Notes: a model not told the origin generated them from the sequence alone. Positions 28,265 through 38,658 are shown, counted from the stretch's first letter. The stretch: 53,617 bases of DNA from an uncultured Muribaculaceae bacterium (GCA_964545885.1 CAZJHG010000005.1:1-53617), one strand, 5' to 3'. Made by a program: numbers and translations.

Positions 28265-30622
28265 ATGTCAAGAATAAAAGTAGATAAAAATGAATTATCG
28301 TCAATAATTAGTCAACTAAAAAATACAAGAGATGGTTTATCTAGTGCATTATCAAGTGCGGTTTCTTCAGTACCTAAAAAAGTTGATTTATCGAGGTTTC
28401 CTTTCACATATACCGATAGGGTAAAAGAAACTGTATGGGATGAGGAAGAGTCTAAATATGTTGATAAATTTAAAACAGTTACTAGACATAGATATCAAAA
28501 TGAAGGAAGAAGATTTAATTCAGCTATCTCTAATATTAATCCACAATTACAGAATGTAACTAATGGTTTGAAATATTTAGATAATGTAATAAATGCGCTT
28601 AGTGAAATTCAAAGTGCAGTAAATGAATTTGAAGAGACAGATTATACTGGAAGGTTGGCGGCTTTTAGTTTTGATTTTAATTGGAAAAATCCAGGAGCTA
28701 CTCCAGCAATTGATTCGTTAGATAAAGATACTATTACGACTATTGCATTAGAAAATGGCTGGATAGAAACAGAAGAAGATTTCGATGAAGAAGATTACTA
28801 TAATTTATTGTCTTATTTAATGAATATTGTTGGTGTTGATAAATTTGAAGATTTAACTACGACTGAAGATATTCTTGCTAGTTTAGAGAATTTCTTTGAT
28901 GATGAAGATGGTGATGATGAATCTCCTGATGAGGAAGGAAAACCAGAGGATGGTGAAACATCTGAAGAGGGTGAAGAATCTGAAGGTGATGATGAAAAAT
29001 CTGAAGAAGATTCTGAATCAGAAGATGGTTCTGAAGAAGGAGAAGATACTGGAGAAGAAGAATCTGAATCTAGTGAAAGTGAATTAGGCGACAGTGAAGA
29101 AGATGGTGCTCCTAAGAATGAAGATGAAAAAGGTAATGTCGGTGAAAAAGGACAACCAGAAATAAAAGAAAATAAACCTTCGCCGGAAATTAATGATAAA
29201 ATTGTAACAAAAACCAATACTGTTGCTGATGCCGGAGAAAGAAAACAGGAAAAATCTCCTACAAATCAGCCTAGTTCAGGTGGCCAAAATGTTTATCATT
29301 CATCAGAAGATAAAAAGCAGCATAATGAAGAGAATGCTGTTAAGCATAATAATTATGAATCTATTTCTCAATCACATGTTGAGAAAAAAGAAGAAAATTT
29401 CGATAATAAACATAACGAAAATGTTCGACCTAAAGATGAATTTGATGCTTCAATTATGGATAAAGAAAATGTTGATGGTAAAATAGAAGCTTCTGATAAT
29501 ATTCCTAAGAATGATGTAAAAGCTGATGTAGGAATTAAGGATGTACTAAATAATAATGAGTCTAGTAATAATTCTAAGGATGATAATGTAGATTTACCAA
29601 AGATTAAGGATGATTTTAATAGAATTGATTCTTCAAATGGTACTGATAATTCTATAACAGATGATACTGGTGATGATAAAGTTGTTTCATCAGCTGTAGC
29701 TGGTGCTATAGGAATTGGTTCATTAATTGGTGGAAATACAGATGTTCCGACTATTTTACCAGGGTCTTCTGATCCGGTAGTAGGTGATTTTAACTATAAT
29801 AATTTACTTAATACAGAAACAATAACACCAAATGGTTCTGGTACTTATCCAAATAATAATATTGATAATAGTACTATTTATGGTAGTAATAATAACAACA
29901 ATAGTAACAATTATGACAATAACAATAAATATGATAATTATAATAATGTTGCTAATAAGTCTTCGAATTCTAATGAAGGAGTACTTGGTAAAGGTAAATC
30001 AAATTCAAATGGTTCTTCTATAAATAAAGAGAATGAAACAAATAATGTATCAGAAGGCTCAGTTCAATCTGGGACTCTAGGTGAAGCTTCTTATGTTGAA
30101 ATGTTAGCTAAAGAAGAGAAAAAATATAAAATTGCTACTGCAACATCAATATCTGCATCTTTATTGATGTTAGGATTTAAGTATATTGGAGTTATTGGAT
30201 GGTTAACTTTATTATTACTAATTGCGGCTATTATATTAGTTTATACAACTTATAGAGCTAGACATAAAAAGAAGAAAAAGAAACTTGAAGCTTTAATTAG
30301 AATAGAAAGAGAAAAATCTATATTTGAACGTGAGAAAGAAAAACATATGTCTTTAGAAGAAGCTGCTAGTGCTGAGGTAGTTGAAGAGACTTCTAGTGAA
30401 GCAGAAGAAACTTCAGAAAATATTCAATCAGAAGATATTCAAGAAGAAATAACTGAAAATAATGACATTCCAAAAGAAGAAGTTCAAGTACAAGAAATTG
30501 AACAAAATCTTCCAATACTTCCAGAGCAAAAAGAATTTCAAATGGCTGAAGAAGTTATTTACGGAGAAATGCCTCAAAAAAATCCTGAAATTGAAGTAAA
30601 TGAAGAGAATGTTGAAAATTAG
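28265..30622 (+). CDS. large acidic protein: LXG/WXG-like N-terminus, D/E/N-rich stalk, C-terminal TM hairpin
   Basis: N-terminal helices ending in FEETD (FxxxD); long D/E/S/N low-complexity middle; IATATSISASLLMLGF-IGVIGWLTLLLLIAAIILVY then RARHKKKKKK and an acidic tail. No Sec signal. Confidence 0.7.
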   Translation: MSRIKVDKNELSSIISQLKNTRDGLSSALSSAVSSVPKKVDLSRFPFTYTDRVKETVWDEEESKYVDKFKTVTRHRYQNEGRRFNSAISNINPQLQNVTNGLKYLDNVINALSEIQSAVNEFEETDYTGRLAAFSFDFNWKNPGATPAIDSLDKDTITTIALENGWIETEEDFDEEDYYNLLSYLMNIVGVDKFEDLTTTEDILASLENFFDDEDGDDESPDEEGKPEDGETSEEGEESEGDDEKSEEDSESEDGSEEGEDTGEEESESSESELGDSEEDGAPKNEDEKGNVGEKGQPEIKENKPSPEINDKIVTKTNTVADAGERKQEKSPTNQPSSGGQNVYHSSEDKKQHNEENAVKHNNYESISQSHVEKKEENFDNKHNENVRPKDEFDASIMDKENVDGKIEASDNIPKNDVKADVGIKDVLNNNESSNNSKDDNVDLPKIKDDFNRIDSSNGTDNSITDDTGDDKVVSSAVAGAIGIGSLIGGNTDVPTILPGSSDPVVGDFNYNNLLNTETITPNGSGTYPNNNIDNSTIYGSNNNNNSNNYDNNNKYDNYNNVANKSSNSNEGVLGKGKSNSNGSSINKENETNNVSEGSVQSGTLGEASYVEMLAKEEKKYKIATATSISASLLMLGFKYIGVIGWLTLLLLIAAIILVYTTYRARHKKKKKKLEALIRIEREKSIFEREKEKHMSLEEAASAEVVEETSSEAEETSENIQSEDIQEEITENNDIPKEEVQVQEIEQNLPILPEQKEFQMAEEVIYGEMPQKNPEIEVNEENVEN

Positions 30623-30649
30623 GATTTCCTAAAAAAGGAAGTCCTTTTT
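30621..30649 (+). terminator. terminator closing T7SS cassette 1
   Basis: AGGATTTCCT/AGGAAGTCCT stem followed by a T-run. Confidence 0.75.
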
Positions 30650-30650
30650 A

Positions 30651-30679
30651 TTGTAATTAATAAATATTTAAGTTATAAT
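30651..30679 (+). promoter_or_regulatory. sigma-A promoter of essC
   Basis: TTGTAA-N17-TATAAT. Confidence 0.6.
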
Positions 30680-30708
30680 TTTATATAGAATATGGGAGTG
30701 TGGCAGGT

Positions 30709-33700
30709 ATGAAAATAATGTTAATGGATGCAACCAAATTAGTTAATTTAATTTTACCTAAAGAAGTGTTTGGTAACTATTGGATTGTTAATGCCAACAA
30801 AGATAATTTAGTTAGTGTACAAGCCATTGATAATAGTTGGGTTTTAAAAAGCAATAGTGAAGTAAAGGTATTTAGAAATGGTACAGCTGTTGATGAAGCG
30901 TTGATGGAAAGCGAGAAATTTTATACCTTAAAAAATATTTTAACTGGTGAAAGCTATGTTGTTTATACTTGCCCGGTATATGATGAAAATTCTCTTCAAT
31001 TAAGACTTAATTATAACGTTAAAGCAAATGGTTCATCTTGGTATATAGGAAATAATGGATCACAGGATAATGCTTCTAATTTTCCTAATGTTATATCTTA
31101 TGAGCAACCTGGTATTGCTAGAAACCAATTAAAAATTGTTTTTAGTGATGAAAAATATGCTGTTTATAATTTAAATACTTCATTACCAATGTATGTTAAT
31201 GGAATTCCTTGTGAGGCTTCTGAATTAAGAAATGGCGACAATATATTTATGTTAGGATTTAAGTTATCTATAATTAATGATATCTTTTATGTAAATAATC
31301 CTAATAAGTTAGTAAAATTTGATTCTCAAGTATTTGCAATAAGACAACTTCCTACTTTGGATTACACTAAGATATCTAGTGAAGCGGATCCTGTTATAGA
31401 GATGTATAAAAAAGAAGATTATTTTTTAAAGCCGCCAAGATTCGATGAAAAAATTGAAGAAAAAGTTTTAGTAATCGATCCACCTCCAGCAGCTCAAAAT
31501 CAAGAAGAGATGCCAGCTATATTTACGATGGGTTCTATGATGATGATGGGTATGAGCTCTGTAATGTCTGGAATTATAACTCTTACAAATGTACTTAATG
31601 GAACTACAGAACTTAGTACTGCATGGTCATCTTTACTAACTGCAGCTGCTATGCTTACTTGTATGTTGATACTTCCTACTTGTAGTAAAATGTATAATAA
31701 ACATAAAAAGAGAATGTATGAAAGAAAAAGACAAGCAACCTATAGTATGTATGTTAATAAGAAACGTGAAGAATTCTTAACAGAAATGAAAAAAGAACAA
31801 CAAATTCTTATTGATAAATATATTCCTTTAAAAGATGTTGGAGATATAATACTTTATAAAAAACGTAATTTATGGGAGAAAAATACAAGTGATTATGATT
31901 TCTTATCATTGAGATTAGGTATTGGTTCTATTCCACCATTTTTTAAGATAAATTATCCAGACGAGCATTTTTCAATGGAAGATGAAGATAATTTGATGGG
32001 ATATTTAAGAGAACTTGAAAAAGAAACAAGTATGCTTGAAAATGTTCCAGTTACATATTCTTTTGTTGATAAATATATTACTGCTGTAATAGGTCAAAGA
32101 AATGTTACTAATCCTTTCTTAAGAGGATTACTATTACAGATATTTGCTTATCACGGATATGATTCATTAAAAGTTTGTGTTTTTACTAATAAAGAAAATG
32201 CAAAGTTTTGGGAAGATGTTAAAGATTGTCCTTATTTCTGGAATGATCAAAGAACATTAAGATTTTTTGGTACTAATAGTGATGAAATTAACCAGATTAG
32301 TTCTTATTTTGAAGAAATGTTAAGTTCTTTAAAGGAAGCTAACGAGGATAGAGGTAATTCTACTTCTAAAGAACCGTTAAAACTTAGTACTAGGTATTTG
32401 ATTATAACTGATGATATTGATTTGGTTAGAAATGTTAGTTTAATTCGTTCTTTAATTGAATCAGAGAGTTATATTGGTATGAGTTTAATTATATTTACTG
32501 AGAAATTAAATTCTTTACCTAATGAAGTTGAACATTTTATTAGTGTAGATGAACGTTCTGGTGGAGTATTTGAACGAGTTCTTACTGGTAGTAAAAGAAT
32601 TAATTTTGTACCTGATTTTATGTTTGGTTCTCTTGATAAATATGCATATGTTGTTTCTAATATTCCAATAGCCTTAAATGGTGGTAAATTCCAATTACCT
32701 GGTTCATATTCTTTCTTGGAAATGTATAATGTTTCTAATGTTAACCAATTGAATGCTCTTTCTAGATGGAAGGAAAGTGATCCTATTAACTCTCTTTCTG
32801 CACCAATAGGAATTAATGAATATGGAGATTTGTTTAAGTTGGATTTACATGAAAAGTCACATGGACCACATGGTTTAATTGCTGGTATGACTGGTTCTGG
32901 TAAGTCAGAATTTATTATTACTTTCATATTAAGTACTGCTCTTAATTACCATCCTTATGAAGTACAGTTTGTATTAATTGACTATAAAGGTGGTGGTTTA
33001 GCTGGTGCTTTTGAAAATAGAGAAACTGGTCTTAAATTACCACATTTAGCTGGTACAATAACAAACTTAGATGTATCAGAGATTAATCGTTCTTTGGCTT
33101 CTTTACAATCTGAGTTAAAAAGAAGACAAGCTATATTCAATAAAGCTAGAGATAAAGTTGGAGAATCAACTATAGATATATATAAATATCAGAGATTGTA
33201 TAGAAATGGTCAAGTTGATAGTCCTGTCGCACACTTATTTATTGTTTCAGATGAGTTTGCGGAGTTGAAAGCACAACAACCTGATTTCATGAACGAACTT
33301 ATTTCAACTGCACGTATCGGACGTTCATTGGGTGTTCACTTAATTTTGGCAACACAAAAGCCAAGTGGTGTAGTTAATGATCAAATTTGGTCAAACTCTA
33401 AATTTAAAGTATGTTTAAAAGTTCAAGATAGGTCAGATAGTCAAGAAATGATAAAAAGACCTGATGCTGCTTCTTTAAAAGAAACTGGAAGATTCTACTT
33501 ACAAGTTGGTTATGATGAATACTTTGCTTTAGGTCAGTCAGCTTGGACAGGAGCTCCTTACTATGAATCTGATGTAAGAAAGAAAAAAGTTGATAATACT
33601 ATAACTTTTGTTGATAATTTAGGAATGCCTTTTAAAATTGTTGATGATGGTAAACAAAATTTTACTGGTGTATTAAAGGGTGAAGAGTTGCCAAATATAA

Positions 33701-35367
33701 TGAAATATTTAGTTGATATAGCTAAAAAAGAAAACATTAATATTAAACAACTATGGTTAAATTCTTTGGCTCCTGTAATATTTATAGATGGTTTAAAAGA
33801 AAAATATAGTTATAAAAAAATCGATTGTGATATTAACCCAGTAGTTGGTGAGTATGATGCTCCAAATTTACAAAAACAAGGATTACTTACTTTACCGATT
33901 ACCCAAGGTGGTAACTGGATAATCTATGGTATGGCAGATAGTGGTAAAGAAGAAATGATTAACTCTTTAGTTTATTCATGTATTACTACATATTCACCTT
34001 TAGAGTTAAATATGTATTTGTTAGATTTTGGTGCTGAAACTCTTAAGATGTATAGAAAAGCTCCTCAAGTTGGTGATGTCATTTTACAAAATGATGTTGA
34101 TAAAGTTACTAACTTATGGAGAATGCTTCAAGAAAAGATTGCTAGTCGTAAAAAAATGTTTGCTGATTATGGTGGAGATTATATTTCTTATTCTAAAGCA
34201 ACAGGTAAAGTATTACCAAATGTTGTAGTTATAATTAATGGTTTTGAACTATATAATGAAAACTATGGAGATGCTACATTTGATTTACTGGCAACTATAA
34301 CTCGTGATTGTCAGAAATATGGTGTTTATTTTGTAATGACTTCTAATACTGCTAATGGTATTAGATCAAGGCTTGCTCAATACTTACCAAATCATCTAGT
34401 ATTCCAAATGAATGATAAATATGATTATAGTTCACTTCTTGGAAGAACGAAGTTAGAGCCTTCCGATATATCTGGTAGAGGTTTGGCAAAACTTGATGCT
34501 ATTTATGAATTTCAAGCAGCTGTGCCTACTGAGAAAGAAAACTTAAATACAATGGTTTTAGAAAAGATTAAAACTTTATGTGAAAAATATCCTAATGGTG
34601 CTCCGAAAGTACCTGTGTTACCTGAAGTTGTTACTATAGCTGATGTTGCTGATTCTGTAAAAGGTCTTGCTTCTGTACCAGTTGGTATAGAAAAAGAATC
34701 TTTGAAAGTAAGATGTTTAGACGTTACAAAGAGTCTTGTTCATGTTATTACAGGAATGGAATTTGGCGAAATAAAGACATTTGGTGGTATGTTTATTAAA
34801 GAAATTTCTAATATTGTAGGTAAGAATTGTTACGTATTTGACTTAGAAAAATTATATAAAGATTATTCTTCTAATGTATCTTATTATGATACAAATATTT
34901 TAGAAGAATTTAAAACGTTTGGTAAATTTGTTTTTGATTCATTTACTAAATTTAAAGAAGCTGGTTTTGATGCTAGTGCATTAAAGGATCAAGGAGAGTA
35001 TGTTTGCTTTATAGTTGGTATTGAAAAATTCAAAAATATCTTAGGCTCTGAATTTGAAGGTGCTTATGGTGGGTTATTGACTATGATTAAGTCGATGCCA
35101 AAATTCCATTTTATTTTAATCGATACATGTGATAACTTTAAAAAGCGTGAATTTGATTCATGGTATAAAGATACTATATCTGGTACTAAGGGATTATGGA
35201 TTGGTAATGGAATGGGTACTCAATATACTCTTAAATCAACATTATCAACTAGAGTATTAGGGGCTAAGGTCGATAAGAATTTCGGTTATTATGTAGATGG
35301 AAACACAACTGTTTTAGTTAAATATATTTCTGAAGTTGGTGAGGAAGAAGTTTATGAAACTTTATAA
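30709..35367 (+). CDS. essC: type VII secretion ATPase EssC/YukB
   Basis: Likely start ATG 30709. Two N-terminal FHA-like domains (LPKEVFGNYW; MYVNG...LRNGDNIF), two TM segments, DLHEKSHGPHGLIAGMTGSGKSE, DYKGGG, SDEFAELK, RIGRSLGVHLILATQKP. D2 (GMADSGKE) and D3 are degenerate. Confidence 0.95.
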   Translation: MKIMLMDATKLVNLILPKEVFGNYWIVNANKDNLVSVQAIDNSWVLKSNSEVKVFRNGTAVDEALMESEKFYTLKNILTGESYVVYTCPVYDENSLQLRLNYNVKANGSSWYIGNNGSQDNASNFPNVISYEQPGIARNQLKIVFSDEKYAVYNLNTSLPMYVNGIPCEASELRNGDNIFMLGFKLSIINDIFYVNNPNKLVKFDSQVFAIRQLPTLDYTKISSEADPVIEMYKKEDYFLKPPRFDEKIEEKVLVIDPPPAAQNQEEMPAIFTMGSMMMMGMSSVMSGIITLTNVLNGTTELSTAWSSLLTAAAMLTCMLILPTCSKMYNKHKKRMYERKRQATYSMYVNKKREEFLTEMKKEQQILIDKYIPLKDVGDIILYKKRNLWEKNTSDYDFLSLRLGIGSIPPFFKINYPDEHFSMEDEDNLMGYLRELEKETSMLENVPVTYSFVDKYITAVIGQRNVTNPFLRGLLLQIFAYHGYDSLKVCVFTNKENAKFWEDVKDCPYFWNDQRTLRFFGTNSDEINQISSYFEEMLSSLKEANEDRGNSTSKEPLKLSTRYLIITDDIDLVRNVSLIRSLIESESYIGMSLIIFTEKLNSLPNEVEHFISVDERSGGVFERVLTGSKRINFVPDFMFGSLDKYAYVVSNIPIALNGGKFQLPGSYSFLEMYNVSNVNQLNALSRWKESDPINSLSAPIGINEYGDLFKLDLHEKSHGPHGLIAGMTGSGKSEFIITFILSTALNYHPYEVQFVLIDYKGGGLAGAFENRETGLKLPHLAGTITNLDVSEINRSLASLQSELKRRQAIFNKARDKVGESTIDIYKYQRLYRNGQVDSPVAHLFIVSDEFAELKAQQPDFMNELISTARIGRSLGVHLILATQKPSGVVNDQIWSNSKFKVCLKVQDRSDSQEMIKRPDAASLKETGRFYLQVGYDEYFALGQSAWTGAPYYESDVRKKKVDNTITFVDNLGMPFKIVDDGKQNFTGVLKGEELPNIMKYLVDIAKKENINIKQLWLNSLAPVIFIDGLKEKYSYKKIDCDINPVVGEYDAPNLQKQGLLTLPITQGGNWIIYGMADSGKEEMINSLVYSCITTYSPLELNMYLLDFGAETLKMYRKAPQVGDVILQNDVDKVTNLWRMLQEKIASRKKMFADYGGDYISYSKATGKVLPNVVVIINGFELYNENYGDATFDLLATITRDCQKYGVYFVMTSNTANGIRSRLAQYLPNHLVFQMNDKYDYSSLLGRTKLEPSDISGRGLAKLDAIYEFQAAVPTEKENLNTMVLEKIKTLCEKYPNGAPKVPVLPEVVTIADVADSVKGLASVPVGIEKESLKVRCLDVTKSLVHVITGMEFGEIKTFGGMFIKEISNIVGKNCYVFDLEKLYKDYSSNVSYYDTNILEEFKTFGKFVFDSFTKFKEAGFDASALKDQGEYVCFIVGIEKFKNILGSEFEGAYGGLLTMIKSMPKFHFILIDTCDNFKKREFDSWYKDTISGTKGLWIGNGMGTQYTLKSTLSTRVLGAKVDKNFGYYVDGNTTVLVKYISEVGEEEVYETL

Positions 35368-35370
35368 TTG

Positions 35371-35403
35371 AGAAAAGATGACTTTTGTTATCTTTTCTTT
35401 TTT
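35371..35403 (+). terminator. essC terminator
   Basis: AGAAAAGATGAC/GTTATCTTTTCT stem followed by a T-run. Confidence 0.75.
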
Positions 35404-35410
35404 AGTTTCG

Positions 35411-35439
35411 TTGACTTTGAATTTGAATTAGAGTATTAT
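35411..35439 (+). promoter_or_regulatory. sigma-A promoter of the esaB-WXG-WXG unit
   Basis: TTGACT-N17-TATTAT. Confidence 0.6.
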
Positions 35440-35444
35440 GTTTA

Positions 35445-35509
35445 TATAAGGGTATAGTGAGTAGTTAAGGGGAATTGGTCGGAAATGGTAATGCTATCAT
35501 ATATTCTTA
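35445..35509 (+). promoter_or_regulatory. putative structured 5' leader, copy 1
   Basis: TAAGGGTATA (35447-35456) pairs with TATATTCTTA (35500-35509) over 10 bp including two G-U pairs. The motif is shared with 41462-41534. Confidence 0.45.
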
Positions 35510-35539
35510 AATCTACTATTTTTAATAGGAGGGTTTATT

Positions 35540-35797
35540 ATGAATAATAATAAGGTCTGTGTAGATTTGATTGTACCTGGCATTGAAGAAAGATACAATG
35601 TTTTTATTCCTGTTAATAAGAAGACTATTGAAACTATATTCCTATTAAATAAAGCTATTAATGATATGACTAGTGGAGCGTACGCCATGAATGAACATTT
35701 ATCATTAATAAATGCTGATGACGGAACTGTTTATGATGTTGATAATACTTTTTTGGAAAACAACATTTTAAATGGTGCAAAACTAATATTATTATAG
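35540..35797 (+). CDS. esaB: EsaB/YukD ubiquitin-like T7SS accessory protein
   Basis: 85 aa with V.VDLIVP....YNVFIP.NK.I..I..LL...L.E.NILNGAKLILL ubiquitin-like pattern; next to essC. Confidence 0.8.
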   Translation: MNNNKVCVDLIVPGIEERYNVFIPVNKKTIETIFLLNKAINDMTSGAYAMNEHLSLINADDGTVYDVDNTFLENNILNGAKLILL

Positions 35798-35807
35798 GAG
35801 GTGGATT

Positions 35808-36107
35808 ATGAATAATTTTGAGTATGCACAAGCTGGTATGGAGGAAGCTATTAGCGATTTAACTGCTGCTAAAACTAAAGCTTCTGAAAGCTTTGATGAA
35901 ATTAAAGCAGAGTTAAGAGATAATTTATTATCTGCAGGTATGAGCGGTTCTACTGCTGATGTTCTTTTAGAAACTTTTGAAAAAGAAGTAACTGAACCTG
36001 CTGAAAACTATTTACTAAATGCTGAACACTTTATTAAGCAAAATACAGAAGTTAAAGCTAAAATGGACGATAATAGTTCAACTAATATTAGTATTGCTTC
36101 TATGTAA
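35808..36107 (+). CDS. WXG100-like protein, MSG variant
   Basis: 99 aa helical hairpin with central LSAGMSGSTADVLLETF. Confidence 0.65.
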   Translation: MNNFEYAQAGMEEAISDLTAAKTKASESFDEIKAELRDNLLSAGMSGSTADVLLETFEKEVTEPAENYLLNAEHFIKQNTEVKAKMDDNSSTNISIASM

Positions 36108-36147
36108 TATTTATCTATGATTATTTAGTGAAAGGAATGAATAAGAA

Positions 36148-36456
36148 ATGAAAGAAAGCTATAATGCTGAAGCTGTTACAGCTGCTTTAAAAAATGCTGC
36201 TGCTAAAATTGATGCTACATGTACAGAGTTTAATAATCAACGTGAGAAAGTATCTGCTCAATTAAACGCATCAGGTTCTGCAATGGGTGGAACACTTGGT
36301 CAAGCTGCAAATGCTGCTTTTGAAAATGAGAATGTAGCTGCATTCGATAATTTGAAAAAGAATATTAACTCATTTATGAGTAGATGTGAACAAATTGCTA
36401 GAAATACTGCTTCTACTGAAGATGCAACTGCAGCAACATATTCTCAACAAGTTTAA
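36148..36456 (+). CDS. WXG100-like protein, MGG variant
   Basis: 102 aa helical hairpin with central GSAMGGTLGQAA...F..LK.NI..FM. Confidence 0.7.
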   Translation: MKESYNAEAVTAALKNAAAKIDATCTEFNNQREKVSAQLNASGSAMGGTLGQAANAAFENENVAAFDNLKKNINSFMSRCEQIARNTASTEDATAATYSQQV

Positions 36457-36464
36457 TAAATAAG

Positions 36465-36485
36465 TACTGCGTTAATGACGCAGTA
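36465..36485 (+). terminator. terminator after the esaB-WXG pair
   Basis: TACTGCGT-TAATG-ACGCAGTA. Confidence 0.7.
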
Positions 36486-36548
36486 TATTATAAGTAAAAG
36501 AAAATATTCTTTTATTTATAATATACTTGGAGTACTGGAGGGATAGGT

Positions 36549-36848
36549 ATGGATTATGATGTAGCTGCTAATTTGAGTGAATTAGAGAATTTGGCTGATG
36601 GAATAAAAGAAAAAAGAAGTGAATTAGCTACTTGTATTAATAATATATATAGTGTGATTAACAATATGCAGAATTCTTGGCAAGGGGAAAGTTATAATAC
36701 CTTTAGTAACGAATGTTATAGTTATGCTTCATCTTTAGAAGCTTTAGTTACACTTCTTGATGCATTTGAAAAATTATTTAGAGATGAAGTGTATGGTAAT
36801 GCGAAAGATTTTATAGACGCTTGCGATACTGCTTTTAGCGAATTTTAG
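36549..36848 (+). CDS. WXG100-family T7SS substrate
   Basis: 99 aa with central MQNSWQGESYNTF. Confidence 0.88.
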   Translation: MDYDVAANLSELENLADGIKEKRSELATCINNIYSVINNMQNSWQGESYNTFSNECYSYASSLEALVTLLDAFEKLFRDEVYGNAKDFIDACDTAFSEF

Positions 36849-36866
36849 TGGAAGGATTGATTTTTT

Positions 36867-38258
36867 ATGGCTGTTGATATACCTACAGAAGTGGCTTTTG
36901 ATTATACCCCTGGAGAAAGCACTACTACGGCTACTGCTCCTACTATTGTTATACCTCCTCAAGTTTCATTGAGTTCTGGCAAAGTAGAAATAATTAATAC
37001 TACTGAGTTAACAAGTTATGCTCAGGAATTAGATGATGCTTTTACAGAATTTGGTAAGGTTTTAGCTGAAGTTAATGAACTTGTTAATACATCAGTAAAC
37101 GTTACTCCTGATAGTAGTGTTTATGGAGCTTATGGAGCTAAACTTTTAAATTTATGGAATAATAACACATCTACTTTTAGTGATTTTAAAACTAATTTTC
37201 AAGCTTGGTCACAGGCAGTTGCAGTTATTTCGAAAAATAATGAAATTACTGAAGATTTAGTAAAAACTATATATGCAAATAGAACTACAGGAGCTGATTT
37301 AATGGCTTTGGATGGCACTTCTTATGTCTCAGAATTGAGAGAAGAAGCTGTTGATGCTTATAACGCAAAAGCAGTAGAGCAATCGAATGCTGCTGATGCT
37401 GAAAGTGTTGGCTGGAGCACTTATGAAGATGCTGCTGCATATAATTCAGGAGTAATGACAGAGTCAGAGTTTGCTAGGCGTTGTGGGGTGAATGGTTATA
37501 CATGTACGGATGCTAATGGTAATTCTGTTACTGTAAATAGTTATCAAGAGTATTTGGATGTTATGTACGAAAAGTATGGACCTGGTTCTGTATATGCTAA
37601 TGGAATCAACGAAACAATTGAAATTGACTCAGGGGATTCTTCTGCTTCCTCTGATAATTATTTTATTCAAAGAGGTGACACTTGTATTGTGCATGGTCAA
37701 GAGGTTAAATTCTTTGCTCGTGACGGCTCTTATAATTATTATGTAGATGCAAATGGAAATATTTTAATAGATGCTGATGGTGGTTTGCGTTCTCTTGATT
37801 GTAATGAAAATACGTTTAATATAAATTATTTAAAGGATTTAGAAGGTGGTTTTTATGGTGCTATTACTACAACTCAATCTGGTGCTTCGTCAATGGGATT
37901 GCCTACTGAAGTAACTGGTAGTAATACATCTTATGATATGTACTCTTCACCTGATGAATATGTTGATCCAGCGACTATTTCTCTTGAAAATGCTCGAACT
38001 TATACTACAAACAATGGTTTTAGTGAAGATTTATTGAGCGGTGAAGATCTTCCTGAAGTATTGGTATTTGATCATAATTTAGATGGACCTGGTTGGGGAT
38101 TTGCTCACCCTGATATAAAAACAGCTTCTAATGGTCAAGTAACATTAGTTTATGATGAACGTTCTGGTATGTATTATCAACTTGATGATAGTGGTACATA
38201 TATTAGGGATGCTTATGGATATACACCAGAAGATTTGGCTAAATATGATGTAGAGTAG
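36867..38258 (+). CDS. putative T7SS effector with VYG-variant WXG-like N-terminal domain
   Basis: SSVYGAYGAKLLNLWNNNTSTFSDFKTNFQAW helical domain followed by acidic beta-rich domains. Confidence 0.7.
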   Translation: MAVDIPTEVAFDYTPGESTTTATAPTIVIPPQVSLSSGKVEIINTTELTSYAQELDDAFTEFGKVLAEVNELVNTSVNVTPDSSVYGAYGAKLLNLWNNNTSTFSDFKTNFQAWSQAVAVISKNNEITEDLVKTIYANRTTGADLMALDGTSYVSELREEAVDAYNAKAVEQSNAADAESVGWSTYEDAAAYNSGVMTESEFARRCGVNGYTCTDANGNSVTVNSYQEYLDVMYEKYGPGSVYANGINETIEIDSGDSSASSDNYFIQRGDTCIVHGQEVKFFARDGSYNYYVDANGNILIDADGGLRSLDCNENTFNINYLKDLEGGFYGAITTTQSGASSMGLPTEVTGSNTSYDMYSSPDEYVDPATISLENARTYTTNNGFSEDLLSGEDLPEVLVFDHNLDGPGWGFAHPDIKTASNGQVTLVYDERSGMYYQLDDSGTYIRDAYGYTPEDLAKYDVE

Positions 38259-38393
38259 TTTAAACTATTTTATTTTTGAATGATGATGTGCTTTTGGTAC
38301 TTGTTGGTTTTAAATTCTAAAATGATATTATTTAATGATTTTTGTCATTTTGGATTGATTAATATTAAATAAATAGTTTAATAGTTTTGGAAG

Positions 38394-38654
38394 GTGATAG
38401 AAATGGCTATGGTTTATGATAACGGAGAGAAAGTAGTAAGTGAATTGAATTCTTTATCTGTTAGTTTGAATGGCTTAAAGTCTGTTTGTGGGGATAATCT
38501 ATTATTTATGGACAATGATAATTGGGCAAAAGTTAAGGAATACATAGAAAAGATGCAAGTAGAAATAAAAGACATTAGTGGTGAATTAAAAAGTATTCTA
38601 AATGAAATGAAAGTTATCAGCAAAGAAGTTGAAGAAGTAAAAGATAGGAGTTGA
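38394..38654 (+). CDS. small helical-hairpin protein (putative Lap-type partner)
   Basis: 86 aa, two amphipathic helices around GDNLLFMDNDNW; stops 4 nt before the next large gene. Confidence 0.55.
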   Translation: MIEMAMVYDNGEKVVSELNSLSVSLNGLKSVCGDNLLFMDNDNWAKVKEYIEKMQVEIKDISGELKSILNEMKVISKEVEEVKDRS

Positions 38655-38658
38655 GTAT

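Noticed and set aside
29881-29945. AAT/AAC-rich run (and the 9-bp AGTAACAAT run at about 40861-40890) as a regulatory repeat
   Set aside because: These are imperfect Asn/Ser codon runs inside low-complexity linkers, with no independent structure.
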